This document shows positions 56,852-64,000 of a DNA stretch of 64,000 bases, piece by piece. Position numbers and translations under genes: made by a program. A model generated the notes under the pieces. It did no database searches, had not been told where the DNA came from, and saw only the letters and a list, made by a program, of their open reading frames with translations. Position 1 is the stretch's first letter. Every line of letters starts with the position of its first letter. The DNA lies in the NCBI GenBank assembly GCA_049431945.1, contig JBMTDJ010000002.1:9773-73772 (forward strand), written 5' to 3'. Origin of the DNA: Candidatus Nanopelagicales bacterium (lineage in GTDB: Bacteria > Actinomycetota > Actinomycetes > S36-B12).

Positions 56852-57565
56852 GTGTCCGAGGCAGCGTCGATCGCGCTGGTGACCGGGGGCAACCGAGGCA
56901 TCGGCCTCGCGATCGCGCGGCGCCTGAATGCCGAGGGTCACAGAGTCATCGTCGGCAGCCGCTCGGGAACTGCGCCTGACGGGCTGGACGCCGTGAGCCT
57001 CGATGTGACGAGCACCGCCTCCGTCGACGAGGCGATCGGCCGTATCGAGACGGAGCACGGAAGCGTGGGCATCCTCGTCGCCAATGCGGGGATCACCAGG
57101 GACACGCTGCTCATGCGCATGACCGATGACGACATCGACGACGTGCTCCAGACCAACCTCGTCGGGACGATCCGGTGTGCCCGACGTGTCGCGCGGGGCA
57201 TGATCAAGGCGCGCAATGGAAGAATCGTGCTCATATCCAGCGTCGTCTGGGCCCTAGGTTCAGCGGGCCAGGTGAACTACGCCGCCGCCAAGGCCGGCCT
57301 GATCGGAGCGGGGCGAAGCCTTGCGCGAGAACTGGGTGGGCGAGGGATCACCACCAATGTCGTCGCCCCCGGCTTCATCGACACCGACATGACAGCGGTG
57401 CTGACACAGGATCAGCGAGACGCGATCCGCGCCCAAATTCCGGCGGGGCGCTATGGGACCGTCGATGAGATTGCTACCGCCGTCGCCTTTCTCGTGGGCG
57501 AAGAAGCCGCATACATCAACGGCGCCGTCATCCCGGTGGATGGCGGACTCGGCATGGGTCACTGA
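56852..57565 (+). CDS. fabG: 3-oxoacyl-ACP reductase (FabG1/MabA-like)
   Basis: 'ALVTGGNRGIG' and the catalytic 'YAAAKAG'. GTG 56852 is chosen just ahead of the Rossmann motif. Confidence 0.9.
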   Translation: MSEAASIALVTGGNRGIGLAIARRLNAEGHRVIVGSRSGTAPDGLDAVSLDVTSTASVDEAIGRIETEHGSVGILVANAGITRDTLLMRMTDDDIDDVLQTNLVGTIRCARRVARGMIKARNGRIVLISSVVWALGSAGQVNYAAAKAGLIGAGRSLARELGGRGITTNVVAPGFIDTDMTAVLTQDQRDAIRAQIPAGRYGTVDEIATAVAFLVGEEAAYINGAVIPVDGGLGMGH

Positions 57566-57577
57566 GGAGGGTCTGGC

Positions 57578-58345
57578 ATGGGATTGCTCGATGGCAAGCG
57601 GATTCTCGTCACCGGGGTGCTCACGGATCAGTCGATCGCCTTCCACGTGGCGCGCCTTGCTCAGGAGGAGGGAGCTCAGGTGGTGCTCACCGGCTTCGGC
57701 CGAGCACTGTCACTCACCCGTAGGACTGCAACACGCTTGCCCCTCGAAGCCCCCGTCGTCGAGCTCGACGTGACGTCCGCGGAGGACCTCGAAGCGCTGA
57801 CGGATCGTGTACGAGCCGACGTCGATGGCCTTGATGGAGTGCTCCACTCGATCGGCTTCGCGCCCGAGTCTGCTCTGGGTGGACGCTTCCTCACGACGCC
57901 CTGGCCCGATGTCAGCACCGCGCTCGAAGTCTCGGCGTACTCCCTGAAGGCATTGACCGTCGCATGCAGGCCCCTGCTCTCGCGTGGCTCGTCCGTGGTG
58001 GGTCTGGACTTCGATGCGACCGTGGCCTGGCCCACGTACGACTGGATGGGAGTGGCTAAGGCTGCACTGGAATCGACGGCTCGCTATCTGGCGCGTGATC
58101 TGGGGGCGGACGGCATTCGCGTCAATCTCGTGGCAGCCGGGCCCATCCGCACTATGGCGGCCAAGAGCATCCCGGGCTTCGAGGAGTTCGAGAGCGTGTG
58201 GCAGGGCCGTGCGCCCCTGGGATGGGATCTGGACGATCCAGGACCGGCCGCGCGTGCCTGCGTGGCTCTCATGTCCGATTGGTTCCCGGCTACGACGGGG
58301 GAGATCGTGCATGTCGATGGCGGTGTGCACTCCCAGGGAGCGTAG
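57578..58345 (+). CDS. fabI: NADH-dependent enoyl-ACP reductase (FabI/InhA-like)
   Basis: GAGGAGG lies 7 nt upstream of the ATG. 'GKRILVTG' and 'YDWMGVAKAALES' (Y-x6-K) are present. Confidence 0.92.
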   Translation: MGLLDGKRILVTGVLTDQSIAFHVARLAQEEGAQVVLTGFGRALSLTRRTATRLPLEAPVVELDVTSAEDLEALTDRVRADVDGLDGVLHSIGFAPESALGGRFLTTPWPDVSTALEVSAYSLKALTVACRPLLSRGSSVVGLDFDATVAWPTYDWMGVAKAALESTARYLARDLGADGIRVNLVAAGPIRTMAAKSIPGFEEFESVWQGRAPLGWDLDDPGPAARACVALMSDWFPATTGEIVHVDGGVHSQGA

Positions 58346-58347
58346 TT

Positions 58348-58848
58348 GTGCGCACCCTGATCCTGCTCCGGCACGCGAAATCGGACTACCCGATCGGCGT
58401 GAGCGACGTTCAGCGCCCGCTCTCTCCGCGCGGGCAGCGCGATGCGGGGGCAGCCGGCATCTGGCTACGAGCGGCTATTCCGATGATCGACGAGGTGATC
58501 GTGTCACCAGCACGTCGTGCGCAGGAGACGTGGACACTTGTAGCCGAGCACATCCAGGCAGCCCACGTGCGCACTGATGCCAGGATCTACACCGACTGGG
58601 GCGAGCGTCTCGGCGACGTCGTATCCGCGCTCGATCCCCGGGCGCGAACAGCGATGATCGTGGGTCACAACCCTGGCATTGAGGACTTCGCGCTCTCGTT
58701 GTGCCGCGAAGGGGCTGTTTCCGCGTGCGAACGGATCCGAAGCAAGTACCCGACGGCCGGAATCACCTGGGTCACGATGCGAGCGGACTGGAGCGACCAC
58801 TCAGCGGCTGACGTTGCGGTGTTCGCCGTTCCCCGGGGAGCGGGCTAG
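58348..58848 (+). CDS. Histidine phosphatase family protein (SixA-like)
   Basis: 'LILLRHAKS' (RHG-type motif) and 'VGHNPG' are present. GTG 58348. Confidence 0.8.
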   Translation: MRTLILLRHAKSDYPIGVSDVQRPLSPRGQRDAGAAGIWLRAAIPMIDEVIVSPARRAQETWTLVAEHIQAAHVRTDARIYTDWGERLGDVVSALDPRARTAMIVGHNPGIEDFALSLCREGAVSACERIRSKYPTAGITWVTMRADWSDHSAADVAVFAVPRGAG

Positions 58849-60026
58849 TCCTCGGCGTCCGCCTCCTCTATCTCTTCCCGAGTGATACCAAGCAGGAACA
58901 GCACGGAGTCGAGATACGGCGCGTTGAGCGAAGTGTCGGCGGCCGCCCGCACCAGGGGCTTGGCGTTGAAGGCGATCCCGAGTCCCGCAGCGTCGAGCAT
59001 GTCCAGGTCATTCGCGCCATCGCCGATCGCGACGGTGCGTGATCGGGGGATGCCGAACTCCCGAGCGAAGGCCTCGAGGGCGGCCTTCTTGCCGTGTCGA
59101 TCGACGATGTCTCCGACGACGCGGCCCGTGAGCCTGCCGTCGACCACCTCCAGGGTGTTGCCCCGCAGCCCGTCGACGTCGAGTTGGCGAGCAAGCGGAG
59201 CGATGATCTCGGTGAAGCCACCCGAAACCAAGCAGATCCGAAATCCGAGCCTGCGCAAGGTGCGGCAGAGAGTTCGCGCACCGGGTGTCAGCCTGATGCG
59301 CTCCGCCGTCATCGCCAACGCCTCCTCGGGCAGGCCACGCAGGAGGGCTACCCTCGCGGTGAGCGACTCGGTGAAATCCATCTGGCCCTGCATCGCGCGC
59401 TCGGTGATGGCGGATACCTCGTCGAGCACCCCGGCCTGCTCCGCGAGCAGGTCGATGACCTCGTCTTGGATGAGTGTCGAGTCCACGTCCATGACCACTA
59501 GGCGCTGACCTCGTCGATCGAGTCCAGCGTGCTGAACCGCGACGTCGACACCCAATTCGGCCGAGGCCTCCGAGAGTTCACGGCGCAGATCAGCGATGTC
59601 CTCTCCCGACCCTTCGAAGATCACCGCGGTGACCGGATACGAGGCGATGCGCCGGATCCGATCGATGTTCCAGCCGCGCTCGGCCATACGGCGCGCGAGC
59701 TCTGCGACTGGGGCGGCCAGAAGCCGCTCGGACATCAAGGTCACGTGAATCCGCCGCCGGGCAGGGTCCTTGCGCGCGATGCTGGCGCCTGGGACCGTCT
59801 CGACTTCCATGCCGAGGCGAGATGCCTCGGAGTGCAGGGTCGCCCTGGCTTCGCCCACGTCGGTCGCGGACAGACCGAGCAGGACCGCCAGGATGAGCCG
59901 GCCTCGTACGACGATCTGCTGGATGTCCAGCACCTCGCATCGAGTGTGGCGCAGTGAATCGAACACCGCAGCGGTCACGCCGGGCCTGTCTCGGCCGCTG
60001 AGGATGGCGAGAAGAGTGCCGTCCAC
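58845..60026 (-). CDS. serB: Phosphoserine phosphatase with two N-terminal ACT domains (SerB2-like)
   Basis: HAD motifs 'VMDVDSTLI' and 'GDGANDL', preceded by two ACT-like regions. GTG start at 60026. Confidence 0.9.
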   Translation of the reverse strand: MDGTLLAILSGRDRPGVTAAVFDSLRHTRCEVLDIQQIVVRGRLILAVLLGLSATDVGEARATLHSEASRLGMEVETVPGASIARKDPARRRIHVTLMSERLLAAPVAELARRMAERGWNIDRIRRIASYPVTAVIFEGSGEDIADLRRELSEASAELGVDVAVQHAGLDRRGQRLVVMDVDSTLIQDEVIDLLAEQAGVLDEVSAITERAMQGQMDFTESLTARVALLRGLPEEALAMTAERIRLTPGARTLCRTLRRLGFRICLVSGGFTEIIAPLARQLDVDGLRGNTLEVVDGRLTGRVVGDIVDRHGKKAALEAFAREFGIPRSRTVAIGDGANDLDMLDAAGLGIAFNAKPLVRAAADTSLNAPYLDSVLFLLGITREEIEEADAED

Positions 60027-60036
60027 GGTCCGGAGC

Positions 60037-60732
60037 CTAACCTCTGTTCACGCGCGAGGAGAAGGCTGCCTCGACCCCTGCGCGCGCCGCGCGCTCGAGC
60101 CGGTCGGCACCGGCGTCGGCCCGCGGGATCCCGGCCCGCGTGATCGAGAGCAGGATGCGCAGCGACATCGACGCGAGGGCTCGTCGTTGACCGGGCAGGG
60201 CGGGTGGTCCCAGGATCCATGAATCGACGTCACGCTCGATCCGGGAACGCTCCCGAGCCTCGCCACGTGCTGGCGAGTCGGGGTCCAAGACGTGCGCGAC
60301 ACGCACGACCTCCGAGCGCAAGGTGCGTGCTGCCTCTTCGGCGTCTGGACCTGCAGCCTGAGTCTCCGGGCTGTGAACCGTCAGCCACTGGACGCCTCCG
60401 GTCGGGATCAGCCAGCGCGACCCTCCGTCATGACACGACCAACCGACCGCAGCGGCCGCCGACACATGTCGCGGGAGGGGGACCCCGCGCGGATCTCCGG
60501 ATCGGGGTAGACGTACCTCCAGCCACGGCGCCTGCCGGATGTCGCCGAGGACGCTCCACCAGCCCTCCTCGGGTACTCCGAGTGCTACCAGGGCATCCAG
60601 CCCATCGTCAGCAGCCAACCGCGCATCGAGGACAGCGGCGAGCGTCACCGCTGCTCGACCTGCGCGCCACGCGGCACTGCCCTTGTCGAGACCGGGCGAG
60701 AGCGGCACCGATGCGCCCCCTGCTGGTTCCAT
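60037..60732 (-). CDS. Hypothetical protein (no family recognised)
   Basis: 231-aa ORF, 10 bp upstream of serB on the same strand. Its composition is protein-like (W, D, E, L, V), unlike the Arg-rich alternative frames. It has no TM helix or motif I can name. Confidence 0.5.
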   Translation of the reverse strand: MEPAGGASVPLSPGLDKGSAAWRAGRAAVTLAAVLDARLAADDGLDALVALGVPEEGWWSVLGDIRQAPWLEVRLPRSGDPRGVPLPRHVSAAAAVGWSCHDGGSRWLIPTGGVQWLTVHSPETQAAGPDAEEAARTLRSEVVRVAHVLDPDSPARGEARERSRIERDVDSWILGPPALPGQRRALASMSLRILLSITRAGIPRADAGADRLERAARAGVEAAFSSRVNRG

Positions 60733-60796
60733 GGCGTCAGGCTAGTTGGAGGGGCTGCGGGGGTGGCGTGCGCGCAGCGCGGTCTAGGTTGTCCGT

Positions 60797-61579
60797 GTGA
60801 CCACCGTGCTGGACTTCGAGTCGGTCGGCGTCAGGAGAGGGCCGACGTGGATCCTCTCGGATGTGACGTGGACCGTGCACTCGGATGAGCATTGGGCGCT
60901 GCTTGGTCCCAACGGCGCGGGTAAGTCCACTCTGCTCTCCATCGCCTCCACCCGTCAGCATCCGACCACCGGGGTCGCGCGCATCCTGGGTGAAACCCTG
61001 GGGATGAGCGATGTCTTCGACCTACGGCCGATGATCGGCCACGTCGGCGCGGGCGTCACCGATGCGATCCCGGCTCGAGAGCGCGTGAGAGACGTCGTGC
61101 TCACGGCCTCGTGGGGCATGACAGGTCGCTGGCGCGAGGAGTATGACGAGACCGACGTACGTCGTGCAGAGCGACTCCTCCGACTCCTGGGCATGGGCGA
61201 TCTCGCGGAAAGGCGCTTCGGCACCCTGTCGGACGGTGAGCGCAAGCGCGCCCTCATCGCCCGGGCACTGATGAGCGACCCGGAGGTCCTTCTCCTTGAC
61301 GAGCCGGCTGCGGGACTGGACCTCGGCGGCCGGGAGCAGTTGGTGGGCAGACTCTCCGACATGGCGGCCGATGACGCCGCGCCGACCACCGTGCTGGTCA
61401 CCCACCATGTCGAGGAGATTCCGGCGAGCACCAGCCATGCACTACTTCTGCGCGGTGGCACGGTCGTCGCCCAGGGGCGGATTGACGAGGTGCTCACGAA
61501 CGAGGCGCTGTCTGCTGCCTACGGCATCCCGCTCGACGTCCGGCGCCACGAGGGCCGCTGGTCGGCGCGAGCCCTTTAA
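60797..61579 (+). CDS. Orphan single-NBD ABC ATPase, ModF/YlmA (COG1119)-like
   Basis: 'GPNGAGKSTLL', the unusual signature 'LSDGERKR', 'LLLDEPAAGLD' and 'VTHHVEEIP' are present. There is no adjacent permease gene. GTG start. Confidence 0.85.
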   Translation: MTTVLDFESVGVRRGPTWILSDVTWTVHSDEHWALLGPNGAGKSTLLSIASTRQHPTTGVARILGETLGMSDVFDLRPMIGHVGAGVTDAIPARERVRDVVLTASWGMTGRWREEYDETDVRRAERLLRLLGMGDLAERRFGTLSDGERKRALIARALMSDPEVLLLDEPAAGLDLGGREQLVGRLSDMAADDAAPTTVLVTHHVEEIPASTSHALLLRGGTVVAQGRIDEVLTNEALSAAYGIPLDVRRHEGRWSARAL

Positions 61580-61587
61580 GGCACGCC

Positions 61588-63084
61588 ATGCGCTGGCTGT
61601 TCGGCGACCAACTGGGCCCCCACTTCCTCGGTGGCGGTGATGTCGACCCTGATCCGGATGGCGAGCGGATCCTCATCATCGAATCGCGGTCAGCCTTCGC
61701 TCGCCGCAACTACCACCGGCAGAAGGCGCATCTCATCCTGTCCGCGATGCGCCACCGAGCGCGCGAACTCGACGACCGTGCCCACTACGTCGCCGCTGCG
61801 ACATTTCGCGACGGATTGGCCGGCGTCGACGAGCCCCTCAGCGTCGTCAATCCCACAAGCTGGGCCGCTCGGGGGTTCGTGCACTCCCTGTCCGACAGTC
61901 GGCCGATGGAGATCCTCGCGTCGCGCGGCTTCGTCACGAGCGAGACCGAGTTCGCCTCCTGGGTCGCCGGACGCAAGCACCTTCGGCAAGAGGACTTCTA
62001 CCGGTACGCGCGCAAGCGCACAGGGATCCTCATGGACAACGGCGAGCCCGAGGGCGGACGCTGGAATTTCGATGCCGAGAACCGCAAACCACCACCGCGC
62101 GGGGCAACCACACTGGGCCTGCCCGAGCCATGGTGGCCCGTCGAAGACGACATCGACGCCGGAGTGCGCGCGGACTTGGCCCAGTGGGAGGCCGAGGGCC
62201 TGCGTTTCGTGGGTGACGACGGTCCCCGGCGCTTCGCGGTCACCCGGGATGAGGCACTTCGTGTCCTTGACGACTTCATCGCTCACCGCCTCGCCACCTT
62301 TGGTCCCTACGAGGATGCAGCGCTCGTCGGGGACTGGCCCATGGCGCACTCCCTCCTGTCGGCTCCGCTGAACCTCGGTCTCCTCGAGCCGAGCGAGGTC
62401 ATCGCGCGCGTTCTCGATGCCTGGCGCGAAGGACGGGTGCCCTTGGAGAGCGCTGAGGGATTCGTCCGACAGGTCATGGGCTGGCGCGACTACGTGTGGC
62501 ACCTGTACTGGCACTTCGGCCCGGATTATGTGCGGCATTCCAACGCTCTCGATGCGCATACCCCACTGCCGGCGTGGTTTCGGGAACTCGATACGGCCCA
62601 GGTGAAGGCGCGTTGCCTCTCCACCGCACTAGAAGAGGTTCGGGCGCGAGGATGGAATCACCACATCATCCGCCTCATGGTCCTCGGCAATTGGGCCCTG
62701 CAGCACGCCTTCGATCCCCGGGAGGTGACGGAGTGGTTCACCGCAAACTACGTCGATGCCTACCCCTGGGTCATGGCCGCCAACGTCGTCGGGATGGCCC
62801 TTCATGCCGATGGCGGCCGCATGGCGACCAAGCCGTACGCCGCCGGCGGCGCCTACATCAACAAAATGACGGACTTCTGCCGCGGCTGCGCCTACCGTCC
62901 CGATCGACGCGTGGGGCCGGAAGCATGTCCCGTCACGGCGGGCTACTGGGCCTTCATCGCCGCCCATGCGGACGCTTTCGCCAGGCACCCGCGCATGTCC
63001 CAGGCAGCCCGCGGCCTGGACCGGCTGAAGGATCGTGACGCACTGCTGGCCCAGGAACTGGCGCGGGGATCGAAGGCCCCGTGA
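61588..63084 (+). CDS. Cryptochrome/photolyase-family protein of the FeS-BCP (PhrB/CryB, DPRP) type
   Basis: 498 aa with the 'MRWLFGDQL' N-terminus typical of the DPRP family. Cys343-x87-Cys431-x2-Cys434-x12-Cys447 are spaced as in the [4Fe-4S] ligands of PhrB. Confidence 0.85.
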   Translation: MRWLFGDQLGPHFLGGGDVDPDPDGERILIIESRSAFARRNYHRQKAHLILSAMRHRARELDDRAHYVAAATFRDGLAGVDEPLSVVNPTSWAARGFVHSLSDSRPMEILASRGFVTSETEFASWVAGRKHLRQEDFYRYARKRTGILMDNGEPEGGRWNFDAENRKPPPRGATTLGLPEPWWPVEDDIDAGVRADLAQWEAEGLRFVGDDGPRRFAVTRDEALRVLDDFIAHRLATFGPYEDAALVGDWPMAHSLLSAPLNLGLLEPSEVIARVLDAWREGRVPLESAEGFVRQVMGWRDYVWHLYWHFGPDYVRHSNALDAHTPLPAWFRELDTAQVKARCLSTALEEVRARGWNHHIIRLMVLGNWALQHAFDPREVTEWFTANYVDAYPWVMAANVVGMALHADGGRMATKPYAAGGAYINKMTDFCRGCAYRPDRRVGPEACPVTAGYWAFIAAHADAFARHPRMSQAARGLDRLKDRDALLAQELARGSKAP

Positions 63085-63896
63085 CACGACAGATCATCAC
63101 CATCGCCGACGCCCGTGACCCTCGCATCGAGCTGTTCACGGCCCTCACCGATGTCGATCTCAGGCAGCGCATCGAACCAGAGCGAGGCTTCTTCATGGCC
63201 GAGGGTCACCTCGTCATCGAACGCTGCGCCCGATCGGGTCTGGACTTCCGTGCCGTGCTCACCGAGAGGCGCTGGCTGGCGCGGCTTGAGGCCGCACTCG
63301 CCGGCGTCGACACCGCCATCTTCGTTGCCGACCAGGCCGTACTCACGGAGATCACCGGATATCGCGTGCATCGCGGTGCGCTCGCCGCGGTGAACAGGCC
63401 TCCCGCGCTTGGTGTCACCGACCTGCTCGCTAATGGCGGTGATGTGCTGGTTCTCGAGGACCTCGTCGATCCCACGAACGTCGGCCTCGCCATTCGCTCT
63501 GCTGCGGTGCAGGGGATCTCCGACGTCCTCATCTCGCCCGGCTGTGCCGACCCGCTGTATCGCAAGGCGGTGAAGTCATCGATGGCGACCGTCCTCGCAT
63601 GCCGCTGGTCGCGCAGCGACGACTGGCCCGGATCCCTGCGGGCATTGGCGCAGGAGCGACGGCTCATCGCGCTCACACCCTCAGGGGACGTGCATCTGGA
63701 CTCAGCGCTGCGGGAGTGCACCACTGCCAAGGTCGCCCTGGCCGTCGGCTCCGAGGGACCAGGGCTGTCCGACCTGGCCATGTCGACTGCCTGGCGCCGA
63801 TGCGCCATTCCTATGTCGGGGGAGGGCGCCTCGTTGAATGTCGCAGCAGCCGTTGCGGTCGCGTCGTATGCGCGATCGCGTAGCATCGAGGAATGA
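63081..63896 (+). CDS. TrmH/SpoU-family RNA 2'-O-methyltransferase
   Basis: 'LVLEDLVDPTNVGLAIRSA', 'LAVGSEGPGLS' and 'IPMSGEGASLNVAAAVAVA' are SpoU motifs. GTGA overlap with the photolyase-family gene. Confidence 0.85.
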   Translation: MTRQIITIADARDPRIELFTALTDVDLRQRIEPERGFFMAEGHLVIERCARSGLDFRAVLTERRWLARLEAALAGVDTAIFVADQAVLTEITGYRVHRGALAAVNRPPALGVTDLLANGGDVLVLEDLVDPTNVGLAIRSAAVQGISDVLISPGCADPLYRKAVKSSMATVLACRWSRSDDWPGSLRALAQERRLIALTPSGDVHLDSALRECTTAKVALAVGSEGPGLSDLAMSTAWRRCAIPMSGEGASLNVAAAVAVASYARSRSIEE

Positions 63897-64000
63897 AATC
63901 TCGGACGCTGCTCCCTGTCGCCCTGATCGCCGTAGCGTCGGCAGGGGTGCTCATGGCATGCAGCGCCGTTCCGCAAGGAGCATCCAGCCCCACCACCAAG
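63893..64000 (+). CDS. N-terminal fragment of a lipoprotein (runs off the window)
   Basis: ATG 63893 overlaps the TrmH TGA (ATGA). Translation: MKSRTLLPVALIAVASAGVLMACSAVPQGASSPTTK, with lipobox 'LMAC'. Confidence 0.5.
   Translation, partial: MKSRTLLPVALIAVASAGVLMACSAVPQGASSPTTK

Overview
This is a G+C-rich actinobacterial (Actinomycetota) chromosomal core segment that is almost entirely coding. I call about 60 CDS. Many are chained by 1-4 nt ATGA/GTGA/TGATG start-stop overlaps. I found no rRNA or tRNA genes, CRISPR arrays, transposases, integrases, phage genes or recognisable defence genes.

Gene order:
- 1-11.9 kb: a cell-envelope glycan cluster with a Wzx-like flippase, polytopic membrane proteins, a GT4 glycosyltransferase, a SAM methyltransferase, a 1403-aa AftD-like GT-C enzyme, an acyltransferase-3 and a DUF3068 protein.
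- rpsA, a GT-C-like membrane protein, coaE, uvrB, two tandem TerC paralogs, a GNAT, an MBL hydrolase, uvrA, a Tat-lipoprotein Rieske protein and uvrC.
- rapZ-yvcK-whiA, gap-pgk-tpiA, secG and rbpA.
- On the minus strand, tkt-tal-zwf-opcA-pgl.
- ctaB, then ctaA plus an ABC-2 exporter.
- sufR-sufB-sufD-Rieske-sufC-sufS-sufU-sufT.
- An ABC-F ATPase, an enoyl-CoA hydratase, an ABC exporter, an SDR, SURF1, DUF3099, a TMEM175-like channel, fabG-fabI, a SixA-like phosphatase, serB and a hypothetical protein.
- An orphan ABC ATPase, an FeS-BCP photolyase-family gene, a TrmH methyltransferase and the start of a lipoprotein.

From memory, the synteny matches the M. tuberculosis Rv1420-Rv1484, Rv1630-Rv1638 and Rv0224c-Rv0236c neighbourhoods.

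Overall this is an ordinary housekeeping region, and I see no convincing novel multi-gene system such as a defence island. The best leads are:
- the compact, functionally unassigned envelope-glycan cluster, including a sub-threshold 47-aa ORF;
- the orphan ModF/PhrA-like ABC ATPase co-oriented with an FeS-cluster photolyase-family gene;
- an extra GT-C-like membrane protein wedged between rpsA and coaE;
- an exported Rieske lipoprotein between uvrA and uvrC;
- a few perfect tandem or inverted repeats in divergent promoter regions.

All start codons are inferred by eye and several are uncertain.
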